DNA of 64,000 nt from Selaginella moellendorffii (Eukaryota > Plantae > Lycopodiophyta). The stretch is taken from assembly GCF_000143415.4 (NCBI RefSeq), contig NW_003314415.1:1-64000 (forward strand), read 5' to 3'. The number at the start of each line of letters is the position of its first letter. Position 1 is the stretch's first letter. Shown here piece by piece: positions 1 through 10,063 of the stretch. Below the pieces are notes generated by a model. That model had not been told where the DNA came from and ran no database searches. It saw only the letters and a program-made list of their open reading frames with translations. The position numbers and the translations under genes are program-made.

Positions 1-235
1 ACAAGCTTCTCTCTCTTAGCATGCGGGATGCATCAATACAGGCGTACAAACCAATCCTGGACTCCAGCACCTTCTTCTTGGAAGTCTCGTCGGCGATTCT
101 CATCTTGCCAAGGAACCACTTGTCGATTTTGAGGCTGATTGATTGGAATTCCGGGTGGCAAGCAAATGGAATGTTGTTGGGAAGCAGCGGAAGCTCGAAA
201 TGAGTGACACTTGAAATTCTGAAAAGATCTTTCAT
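1..235 (-). CDS. Microbial terpene synthase-like (MTPSL) gene, 5' part only; apparent frameshift near window edge
   Basis: Not in the ORF track. Manual translation from ATG 235 gives MKDLFRISSVTHFELPLLPNNIPFACHPEFQSISLKIDKWFLGKMRIADETSKKKVLESRIGLYAC, closely matching the N-terminus of 7104-8174. Confidence 0.85.
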   Translation of the reverse strand, partial: MKDLFRISSVTHFELPLLPNNIPFACHPEFQSISLKIDKWFLGKMRIADETSKKKVLESRIGLYACIDASRMLRERSL

Positions 236-536
236 TTTTTTTTTTCCCTTAGAAGGAGCCTGTGGATTTGGAGTTCGCTACTGCTTATATACTGCCAATT
301 CTGCATGTCGAAACACCACGAGCTTTGAAAACCGGCAGATGTAGTACATAAACCACGCGTTCTTGTGTCCGGACGCCCACCATGTCCTAAACATTGGTTT
401 ACGAGAACTAAAAACTTCTTGAATGGTTTAGTTTATGTATTTTGTTAAAAGGAGAAAGAGAAGAGACATTCTCTTTGACAAATTTCAAGGATCTTGGTAG
501 GGGAACTGTGGATGCTCAATCTGGAAGTCTATTTTA

Positions 537-3382
537 ATGGGAGTGGACATAGCGTCCAGCGCCGTCCTATTCCCTTCGCACCTCTACAAACCCAGGTATG
601 TCTCTTCCTCGAGAAGAAAAAGAAGTGCTTCTTCTGCAATGAAGAAGAGGGCTCTAGTTTTCATTGCTAGTGCCAGCACCGAGCTCCAATCCGCCGCGAC
701 CCAGAATGGCAGCCTCGTCGATGACCTTGCTGCCGTGCCGAGCTGCCCCACTCCCGATTTCTCCCGGGGTGTGGGAACTCACGTCACTTTGCTCAACCCG
801 CTAAAGGTGCTGGTGCCACCCAGCGCTCGCGTTCCACACAGAAGATCTCTCCTCGTTTACGTTCCAGGAATGGATTGCACGGGCCAGGGGATTCGACCGC
901 AGTTGCCATCTCTCGTCGCTGCCGGGTACGTGAAGTTTTTGTGTTTAGAATCACGACTAGACTAAAGTTTCGCCATTGCAGCCACGACATAAGATGTGTA
1001 TACATCCCGAGCAGCAACAGATCAGGGTGGTCGTCACTCACGGCCACGCTCGCTCCTCTCTTGAGACACGAGGCCAAAGGTTACGAGCAAGTAATTCTGG
1101 TTGGCGAGTCTTTTGGAGGGCGTTTGGCTTTGCATTTGGCTAGAGCGGCAGGCGATGTTGTGTCTCGTCTCGTTTTGGTATGTCGAGCAGAAGAAAAGAA
1201 AAGTTTTTTTTTGATTCTCATGTTTTCCCAGTGTGTTATCACAGGTGAATCCTTCCACGAACTTGGCACAAAGCAACAAGCTTGCCAGCATTGTTGGTCA
1301 CACTGGCATTCTCGCGCTCTTTCCGGAGCCTCTCTACGAGTTTGCTCAGGTAAAGTAAAGTCGACGCTCCACCAAGTTCTTTCAGAAACCATGGCTTTGT
1401 TCTCTGTTTGCAGGACATTCTCCTGCCTTTGATGGTGAAGAGAAACCGTGTTTCGTCCACAGACGACGACCTTCTTTCGCCCATAGACTTCGTTCCTGCC
1501 GAGTGTGCTGCGTTTCGTTTATCCATGCTTAACGATCAAGCGGAGCTTTCAGATGGCGAGCTTCGATCCATCCAGATGCCCACGCTGATTGTGAGTGACT
1601 TTTATGATTCAAGCTCATGTTTCCATCAAATCTTGCTTGACTGGCAGCTATCCTCGGCAAAGGATCGAATGTTAGCGTCGCTAGCCGAGGGTATCCGGCT
1701 CCAAAGTCTCATTCCAAACTCCAAGAGGGTCATTCTTCCAGACAGGTAAAACCTACTGGATCATTTTACGGCTTTTACCAACACCTTTCTTACTCAGTGG
1801 ACATATGGCTTTGCTCGAGGATTGCATAGACTTGGCTGAGATCATGGATGATCACGGTTTTCATCATCCTAATGCATCCCACGATCAGCCAAATGACGCT
1901 GTTCCAGATGAGACGATGGATCAACTTGGCGATATACTCGGTCCATGGCGTGTAAGTTATTAAGAGCTAGCAAAATGCTACTAATTTCTTTCTTTGTAGT
2001 TCTTGACGTCTCCATTCATCTCCGGGGCTGACAACTTGCCTTCTCCTTCTCTCTTGGTATGTTGTTTCAAATGCCAGTTAGTTTCTCACGGTGGCGGTGA
2101 GTTTTTAGCGTGGAAGACCCGTGCTGTTTGTCGGAAACCACACAATATTTGGTGTATATGATTCAGCAGTTCTTGTTCACGAGGTATTTTGTTTTCCTGG
2201 TAGCAAACACTATTCTTGACATTGTGCTACTAGCTGTTTCTCCGGGGGTTCAAGTGCCGCACTCTCGCTCATCCTGGTCATTGGATGTCTGCAGTGGGAA
2301 CTTTTTTCGAAAAGTAAGGCCTTCCAAATAGCTACAGCTCTGAAAATCGTTCTTACAGATATGGCTGTGTTAAAGCCAACAAGTTCGAAGCTTACAGAGT
2401 CCTCAAGGTTTGCGTGGTAAAAACTGCATGATATGATCTTCGGGATATTTATGTGTAGGAAGGGCAGCACGTACTTTTGTTCCCGGGTGGTGCAAGAGAA
2501 GTCTGCAAGCGTAAGGTGAGGTATCATAGTTTTTTGACCATTTTGATATTCATCTCTGGCAACAGCAGGGGGAAGAATACAAACTCTTTTGGAAACCCAC
2601 TACTGATTTTGTTCGAATGGCTATCCGTCTCAATGCGATCATCGTTCCATTTGGTGCTTTAGGTGGCGACGAAGCGTGAGTAAAATTCTAGAGAGGATTT
2701 AATGCTAGAAGCTTTAAATTGTTCCTTTTGTTTTGGTTGCAGATTTAAAGTATTTATGGACTCAAACGATATTTTACAGTCGCCATTGAGTAACGTTGTT
2801 AGGCAAGTGTACACAGCACTTAACCTGGATATTGAGAGTGTTCATCCCATCAGCACATTTCCTTTCACAAATCTTCCCAGGTAGAGCTCTCTCTTTGGTT
2901 GGTTCTTCACATTTCGTTTTATTTTTATGAAGTGCAATTCCTTTCCCTTATTATTTAAAGAGAATCTACTTCCACTTTGCCGAACCTGTGGATACTTCTC
3001 GAGTGGATTTTGACATTGGCGATCGAGAAAAGGTGAAACCCTCAATGATTATTATTTTCCACTGACCTGTTTATTATTTTGTTTTCCAACAGTGTCGAGA
3101 ATTATATAGTAAGTTCATGTGTCTAAAGATTTCTGTCCCTAAAGTGTGTTACATGCAGTGCTGATGAAAGAGAGAGTTGAAAAGAGCATTGATCTGCTAA
3201 AACAAGTGCGCAAGAATGATCCAGTATGCATCATCAACCCTTTTATTTCTATACATCTGTGTCGTTTCTAATTGATTCTCATGTTCATACTGCAGGAGCA
3301 AGAGCTGCAAGAAAGGATGGTAGCCAGACTGAAAAGAGTTTTACCAGCTGCACGAAGGCGTACCTCCTCTTCTTTAGCGTAG
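537..3382 (+). CDS. Phytyl ester synthase-like (ELT/PES) acyltransferase: alpha/beta hydrolase plus DAGAT-type domain, multi-exon, probable plastid transit peptide
   Basis: Motifs LLVYVPGMDCTG, GESFGG nucleophile elbow, LPDSGHMALLE, FVGNHTIFGVYD, LLFPGGAREVCKRKGEEYKLFW, IVPFGALGGDE and LYFHFAEPVDT. Last exon EQELQERMVARLKRVLPAARRRTSSSLA ends at TAG 3380-3382. Confidence 0.85.
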
Positions 3383-4014
3383 TCAGCTTTGTAAGATGGC
3401 AAATGTCCAAGCTGAAGATGTACCTTTCCGAGCACTGCCATTTGGTGATTCCTGGGCTGATTGCTTCTCCCTTGGCCAGCAGCAAGAAAATGGTGATCGA
3501 TCTCAATGTATTTACCACACTGCTACCATGGCCCAGAGATTTTTTTATTGAAGTCCTGGAGATTCATGGACAAACGAAGACACCTCAGAGGATCAAAGAG
3601 ATCCTGGAGTTTTCGGCAATTTAACGCGAAGAAAGTATGGTACTAGTCCTTTTGCTGCGATCGTTTGGTGGTTTCCTCCTCGCATTGAATTGTCCCAAAC
3701 GACACCTCGCGTCCTTCTTTTTAGACTTCCCCAGAAAGCGATTTGTTCTATAAAAAGCTTAGTTGAATGTCCGAGAGCGTGCGAATTCTATCTCGAATCG
3801 GAACTTATTCCTGGAACCAAAAGTCTGTCAGTGAAAGAGATGGACGCTTTCTCGATCGAAGCTTTGTTCTTCTTTGTATGCCAGCTGTTCCATTGGAACA
3901 TTAAAACATTAGCAAAACGTGGAAAGCTTTTGAGTTGAGGCTTCACAATCTTTGAAGCGCATCAAACTCGAAAACCACAGCTCACCAGCTCACTTGCGAG
4001 CTGTCATCAAAACT

Positions 4015-4059
4015 TGTAAACATCCTCGGAATAAGCTGTGAGAAAAGCCGCAAACAAGC

Positions 4060-4111
<52 letters not shown>

Positions 4112-4155
4112 GTAAACATCCTCGGAATAAGCTGTGAGAAAAGCCGCAAACAAGC

Positions 4156-4188
<33 letters not shown>

Positions 4189-4244
4189 TGTAAACATCCT
4201 CGGAATAAGCTGTGAGAAAAGCGGCAAACAAGCAAAATCAATCT

Positions 4245-4304
<60 letters not shown>
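4015..4304. repeat. Compound minisatellite: 3 x 50-bp unit separated by (CT)n, followed by (TG)n(AG)n
   Basis: tgtaaacatcctcggaataagctgtgagaaaagcsgcaaacaagcaaaat at 4015-4064, 4111-4160 and 4189-4238. Confidence 0.95.
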
Positions 4305-4306
<2 letters not shown>

Positions 4307-4974
4307 TTGTGTGCTCTGCTCCATTATCAGGAACACGCGTTGATCCCAAAGGCTCACACCCACGCTGTTTGGAACTGAGCATTTCGCCCAACCTTGTCGA
4401 GCGATTTCGATCGACCCGACCTGGAAAAACATAAATGCAACTGTTAAGAGGCACTGTCCACTAGCCCGTATTAAGATTAAGTGGATAACTTAGCAGCCGC
4501 GTAGTAGTCGAAAGGCTTATACGCACGGTCCAAGCAGCGGGCAGCTTCCAAGTAAACCCAGAGTGTTGTTTGCTAGCTCCTCCACAGCCTTGGATCTTCC
4601 ATCCCAGTTTGGATACTCGGCTCTTGTTTTATGTCCGCGAGCATGTCAAGGTGGCTCTCTGCGACAAGGTTTTTTATATGGGCACCGCTTTTTTACATGA
4701 TTAATGAGACAAAAGCGATTTACCGTGAGTTTTTCTAGGTGACGCAGAAGGTCGCAAGCGATTCCGTCCAGCAGTTTTTCTGTGGTTTAGTTTCACAGGA
4801 CAAGAAACGAAAAAGGAAGCATGAGAAGCTGTTTCTATGCAAGAAGGCTTTTGAAGCATGTATCACATCCTACTTAGTGTGGCTAGTAATTTTTTCAGGA
4901 AGTCATGGTTGATGCAAAATGCAGGCTTAGTATAATTTAAAAAATCATATAGAATATTCTATTAGCCAGAAACT

Positions 4975-5880
4975 ATTGCCACTGGCATGACAATCGGAGC
5001 TGATACGTTGATGTCCCTGTCCCAAGGAGTCGGCTCCCTGTATTGGAGGGGATCATTGATTTAAGCGCAGTTCCAGATACAGACAGTTCATGCAAGGGGA
5101 TGACTCCGTCCTTGGCAGCTGCCATGGCTTCCACCACATTTTTCCAGTCCTCACTCCTCCGTAGCGCTGTCGCAGCAGCAGAATGGCTCCCCCGAAGTGT
5201 GCATAAATGTCATCCCAAATCGCAAACACCTCCGCTTCAGCCTCACGAACTCTTTGGCCTCCTCTTCGTTTAAGTGGCCAACACTTAGCTGATTTTATGA
5301 CCACGGATGCTATCCTACCATTCCTTCAAGTTCTCTAATGAACCGAAAACCACGTTCGCCACATTCGTCTGCTTAGAGATCCGCACCAGGAACTTCAGTA
5401 GGGCATCCAGCTAGCCAGCTTCGTCGATGAAGATCGTGGGAAATCCATTGAAGAAAGCCGACTGGTGCTTTAGCAGAGCGGACATGTAGCCCTCGAAAGC
5501 ATGTCGATGGAATCCTGCTCTTTCCCGCAAAAGTTGAGCGAACTCCAGGGAGTCTTCAGCGAGATCTTCTCCACGGAGACTTCGAGATCCCAAGCCCTTC
5601 GCATCTGCTTTTACTTTGAGCTGAAGAGACTTTGCAAGACTGTCAGCCAAGTTTATCTGAAACTGTGCGGGATTCGTGTTGCTCCTCACCCGCATGTCGA
5701 CATAGGCTGGAACACGCCGGCACACTGCCTAGAGTAGAACTGCCTAGAGTAGAACTCGCGAAGAAAGCGCCGATTTGCCCGAGTCCCTTGGCCCCGTCAG
5801 AAAAACGATCTGACCCGGATCCCAGAGCACTCAGCTTTTCGATTAAAGAACTTCCCAGCAAACAGATCTGGCACTGAGGA
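4975..5880 (-). pseudogene. Decayed P-loop ATPase, archaeal-ATPase/STAND-like
   Basis: Fragments KFFNR, IVFLTGPRDSGKSAL (Walker A), AYVDMR, PTIFIDEA (Walker B), KFLVRISKQTNVANVVF and AIWDDIYAHFGGAI, broken by frameshifts, stops and a 15-bp tandem duplication. Confidence 0.75.
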
Positions 5881-6460
5881 GAAGATGAATGGAAAATTCA
5901 GATTTCGAGAACATTAAGTTTTGACCCATTCAAATTCAGATTTTGACCCAGATAGTTGCATAATACTGTTGAAAAGAATTGAATTTATGATATAGATTGA
6001 CTGCAACAACGTCAACGATTCAGCGGTTCGAGTGCTGCTTGTGGAACGCTTCGCCTCGGGGCACCACGTCGTCTCTAACATCGTGAAGCTCAAGGACGGA
6101 CTGGAAAATTGCAGCGATCATAGGAGCCTCCAGGACCTGTCAACTAGGATCATATGTCCTGACTCTGACGAAGCAAGAGCAGTACAAACTTCCAGGGAAG
6201 CTTGTATCTGATTGTCTTTGCGTGTTTTCTGATTGTATTGCAGCAGTGCAAATATCTTCCATAGAACTTTGCCAATCTAAAGTAGGTAATGCATAGCTTT
6301 CCATCCTAAAATGAACTATCTCGCATCTTGGTATTGCCTCTCATGATTCTACTTAATAGTTGAAAGGTACACTAGCAAACAAATATTTCATTCGGTTTTG
6401 GCTAATCAGTTAATTATGCGAATTCGTTCTTTGTCTTGAGAGGTGACAAGCAAAACTTTG

Positions 6461-6665
6461 ATTTTTAAAATGTGAAAGGCACAAAATAAGTTCTTTCCAA
6501 AAGCTCCTCCTTCGTCATGCATGGCATCCACTGCAGCCCCATGGCAAATTATCCTTCTCATCCTACCTCCTGGAAAGAATATAATATGGAAAATCAGGTG
6601 AGAAGTAATCACAAAACAAACTCATGGAGATGGAGTTCCTTGGCCTGGTTGGTGAGCAAGTGTCG
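6461..6665 (-). pseudogene. Degenerate fragment of the unknown gene at about 12845-13130
   Basis: Shared blocks in the same order: tttttaaaatg, ctttccaaaagctc, gcatggcat, cactgcagc, cctcctggaa, ggagatgga, ccttggcct, tgagcaagtg. Confidence 0.7.
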
Positions 6666-6819
6666 AGATATATAGAAGTCTGGAAGGTTTTATTGGTACA
6701 CAACGTACCCATTGGGATCATGATCATGGAATCTGGTATACTCCCAATCGAGATCTATGTGTGGAGGATGCCCCATGACAGCATTGACAGAGTAAAATAA
6801 AAATCAAGAGGAGGGGCTC

Positions 6820-6945
6820 CGGTATCTGTGTTCACCCTTTCTTCTCTACAGATTTGTGTCGTTTATGATTGATTCCCATGTTCATACTGCAGGAGCGATC
6901 AGAGCTGCAGGACAGGATGGTCGAGAGTTTTACAGCGCCCAAGGT
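6820..6945 (+). pseudogene. Degenerate copy of the last intron and last exon of the PES-like gene
   Basis: tgtgtcgttt..attgattc.catgttcatactgcaggagc..agagctgca.ga.aggatggt matches about 3255-3325. Confidence 0.8.
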
Positions 6946-7103
6946 GGGGATGTGTATAGATAAACTTTTTGTTACCAGCGCCCAGCTGGAGGCATGGTGC
7001 CAAGCTGTAAAACATCAATTCTTCATAGTAACCACATGTTGCTAGCAAGTTACTTCACCCCCCTGGTTCCATCTTTCTCGTAGCATCAAAGAGGAGCATA
7101 GAA

Positions 7104-8174
7104 ATGGAGGCCACTTTGATCTCCAAATTCTCCACTGTCACGCACTTCGAGCTTCCGCAGCTTCCCAACAACATCCCGTTCGCCTACCACCCGCAATCCG
7201 CGACGATCAGTCCCCAGATCGACGAGTGGATGCTTCGCAAGATGAAGATCACTGACCAGAGTGTGAGGAAGAAGATGATCCACTCCAAGATCGGACTGTA
7301 CGCCTGTATGATGTATCCCAATGCCGAGAGGGAGAAGCTCGTCCTGGCCGGTAAGAATCTCTGGGCCCTCCTCCTCATCGACGATTTGCTCGAATCCAGC
7401 AGCAAGGAAGAGATGCCTCGGCTCAACACCACCATCACCAACCTTGGCAGTGGAAATTCCAGGGATGGAGCTATCCGGAATCCTGTGCTGCTTCTGTATA
7501 AAGAAGTTCTGGGAGAGCTTCGAGCTGCCATGGAGCCACCTTTGCTGGACCGCTACTTGCACTGCCTGGCAGCTTCACTCGAAGGTGTCCGGAAGCAAGT
7601 CCACCACCGAACCAGAAAGAGCGTCCCTGGACCGGAAGAATATAAGCTCACCCGTCGTGCCAATGGATTCATGGACATCCTCGGGGGCATCATGACCGAG
7701 TTCTGTATGGGAATCCGCCTCAACCAAGCTCAAATCCAGTCTCCAACCTTCCGGGAGCTCCTCAACTCTGTGTCTGATTACGTCATTCTCGTCAATGACC
7801 TGCTGTCCTTCCGGAAGGAGTTTTACGGAGGCGATTATCACGACAACTGGATCTCGGTTCTCTCGTACCATGGCCCCAGGGGGATCAGCTTTCAGGATGT
7901 GATTGACCAGCTGTGTGAGATGATCCAAGCAGAAGAGCACTCAATCCTGGCCTTGCAGAAGAAGATTGCCGACGAAGAAGGTTGCGACTCGGAGCTGACG
8001 AAATTCGCAAGTGAGCTTGCAATGGTTGCTTCCGGGAGCCTCGTGTGGTCGTATCTCTCTGGCCGTTACCATGGCTATGATAATCCACTGATCACTGGGG
8101 AGATTTTCAGTGGAACATGGCTGCTGCATCCCGTGGCCACCGTCGTCTTCCCATCCATCAAGGCTCGCCCCTGA
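7104..8174 (+). CDS. Microbial terpene synthase-like protein (MTPSL), intronless, 356 aa
   Basis: Class I terpene cyclase motifs DDLLE, NDLLSFRKE (NSE/DTE) and W-x5-RY (WSYLSGRY); single alpha-domain size. Confidence 0.92.
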   Translation: MEATLISKFSTVTHFELPQLPNNIPFAYHPQSATISPQIDEWMLRKMKITDQSVRKKMIHSKIGLYACMMYPNAEREKLVLAGKNLWALLLIDDLLESSSKEEMPRLNTTITNLGSGNSRDGAIRNPVLLLYKEVLGELRAAMEPPLLDRYLHCLAASLEGVRKQVHHRTRKSVPGPEEYKLTRRANGFMDILGGIMTEFCMGIRLNQAQIQSPTFRELLNSVSDYVILVNDLLSFRKEFYGGDYHDNWISVLSYHGPRGISFQDVIDQLCEMIQAEEHSILALQKKIADEEGCDSELTKFASELAMVASGSLVWSYLSGRYHGYDNPLITGEIFSGTWLLHPVATVVFPSIKARP

Positions 8175-8251
8175 GATACATTGCTGGGGCTCAAAGTTCC
8201 GGTTCCACCACCTAGAAGGTAAGATGTGTCAATCAAAGTAAACGAGCAAAC

Positions 8252-10063
8252 TTAATAATTTTTTTTGCTTACCAAAGGCCCTGGTGTGATCCTCCGTTGC
8301 TCCTCCAGCATTCCTACGCTACCGTAGATGTTAGCCATGAGCACAAACGCTGGAGTGTGGCTGGGATTTATCTTGAGCAGTGACTCAAAAGCATATCTTC
8401 CAGTTTTTACGTCTTTCCACTTCCCACAAGCTCCCAGGACCGTCATCCAAGTCACTAACGTTGGTTTGAAAGGCATGTTTTCGATCATCGCCAGTGCTTC
8501 CTCCAGATGATTTGCACGTCCCAAGAGATCGACCATGCAGTGATAGTGCTCGAGGCTTGGTGTGATGCCATGCTCGGAGAGCATCGCAAAGTACTGCTTC
8601 CCTCGTTGTACCAGACCACCATGGCTACACGCCGAGAGCACGCATAAGAATGTGACACTGTCAACCTGGATACACTCCTGTCGCATGCTCTTGAATGCAT
8701 GGAACACATCCTGGCTCCTCCCTTGGCAGCTATATCCTGCTATCAGAGCGCTCCAAGTGATGGAAGTTCTCGTTGGAAGCGAGTCGAAAACCTGTTCCAT
8801 GCCGCTGCTCCCACACTTCCCGTAAAAGTCGAGCAGTTGGCTCGATAGAAACTGATTGTCTTCTAGCCCGTTTCGATAAATCTCTGCATGGATGGACCTC
8901 CCAGAATCAAGAGCAGCCAGGTTGCCGCATGCGAGAAGAACAGCCACGTACGTCTGCGAATTCGGTGCACAGTTGCACGCTCTCATTTGCTGAAACAGCT
9001 TCAGAGCTGCGTCCGATTCACCGTTCTCTGCATACCCCTGAATCATCCCTGTCCAAGTTACTACGTCGTGTCCCGTCTTGATCCCGTCAAACACTGCTCT
9101 GGCGCTCGATAAGCTCCCACACCGCGCGTACATGTCTATGAGCGAGCTCGCCACGAACATGTCCGAATCAAAGCCAAGTTTTGCTGCTCGGGAGTGTAGA
9201 TGTGTTCCTTTCTCCAAGGACATGGGCTTCACAACGTTGCCATCATCGTGCTTGCCTTCTTCTTTCGTCGCTAGACGGCCGCAGGCAACGAAGAGAGCCA
9301 CGAAGGTTCGGGAGTTTGGCAGACAGCCCTTGGAGTCCATGAGCTGGAAAAGCTGCAAAGCCATCTCCGGCTCACCATTCTCTGCATAGCCCAGTATCAG
9401 TGCCGTCCATGAAACAACCGTAGGACTTACCATCTTGTCAAACACCTTGCGAGCATCCGCCAAGCTCCCACACTTGGCATACATATCGATCAAAGTGCTG
9501 GCCACGAACACGTCCTCGCAGTAGCCACTCTTCTCTGCTTGTTCGTGCAGCTTTGCTCCTCTTTCCAAGCTCTCGGCTTTGAGTAGCTTCCCGTCAATCT
9601 TCTTGCCGAGCTCTCTCGCTGCCGAGCTAGAACAGGCCATCATCGCAGCTACGAAAGTTCTCTCGTTGGGAGCGCACTGTTCTTCTTGCTGCATTCTCGA
9701 AAACTGCTGGAGGGCAAGCTCGTTCTCGCCATTGTCGACGTAGCCCATGATCAAGGACGTCCATGAGACAACGCTGTGGAGCTTCATCCCTTCGAAAACA
9801 CCGCGAGCATCGGCCATTCTCCCACACTTGCCATACATGCTCACAAGACTGTTCTCCACGTAAATGCTTCTCCCAGGCCCATGGACAAGGGCATCGCCAT
9901 GGATCTTTCTCCCGGTCTGGTGATCTCTCGTGCCAGTGCATGCCTTGAGCGCTGCCACAAAGATCCCTGTCGCTGCCTCTCTCTCGACGACCGCCTGTTC
10001 TTGCTGAGGAAGAAGAACTTGCCTGAAGAAACTCCCAGCGATCGTCAAGCTCCTCGCTCGCAT
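8252..10063 (-). CDS. PLS-class PPR protein with E domain, no DYW
   Basis: Repeats LIDMYAKCG...VVSWTALI.GYAENG; E motif EHYHCMVDLLGRANHLEEA...MPFKP...W; ATG at 10063. Confidence 0.92.
   Translation of the reverse strand: MRARSLTIAGSFFRQVLLPQQEQAVVEREAATGIFVAALKACTGTRDHQTGRKIHGDALVHGPGRSIYVENSLVSMYGKCGRMADARGVFEGMKLHSVVSWTSLIMGYVDNGENELALQQFSRMQQEEQCAPNERTFVAAMMACSSSAARELGKKIDGKLLKAESLERGAKLHEQAEKSGYCEDVFVASTLIDMYAKCGSLADARKVFDKMVSPTVVSWTALILGYAENGEPEMALQLFQLMDSKGCLPNSRTFVALFVACGRLATKEEGKHDDGNVVKPMSLEKGTHLHSRAAKLGFDSDMFVASSLIDMYARCGSLSSARAVFDGIKTGHDVVTWTGMIQGYAENGESDAALKLFQQMRACNCAPNSQTYVAVLLACGNLAALDSGRSIHAEIYRNGLEDNQFLSSQLLDFYGKCGSSGMEQVFDSLPTRTSITWSALIAGYSCQGRSQDVFHAFKSMRQECIQVDSVTFLCVLSACSHGGLVQRGKQYFAMLSEHGITPSLEHYHCMVDLLGRANHLEEALAMIENMPFKPTLVTWMTVLGACGKWKDVKTGRYAFESLLKINPSHTPAFVLMANIYGSVGMLEEQRRITPGPLVSKKNY

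Larger units (their letters stand above)
3458..6091. repeat. Left arm of long inverted repeat (partner 59498-62452)
   Basis: Collinear reverse-complement match along its length; e.g. ORF-track peptides LASSKK.VIDLNVFT.LLPWPRDFFI and VPAYVDMRVRSN.NPAQF occur in both arms on opposite strands. Confidence 0.93.

Noticed and set aside
4015-4238. CRISPR-like repeat-spacer pattern
   Set aside because: The spacers are (CT)n microsatellites, there are no cas genes, and the context is eukaryotic.
3990-4454. ORFs with ERERER and HTHTHT tracts
   Set aside because: Translations of microsatellites.
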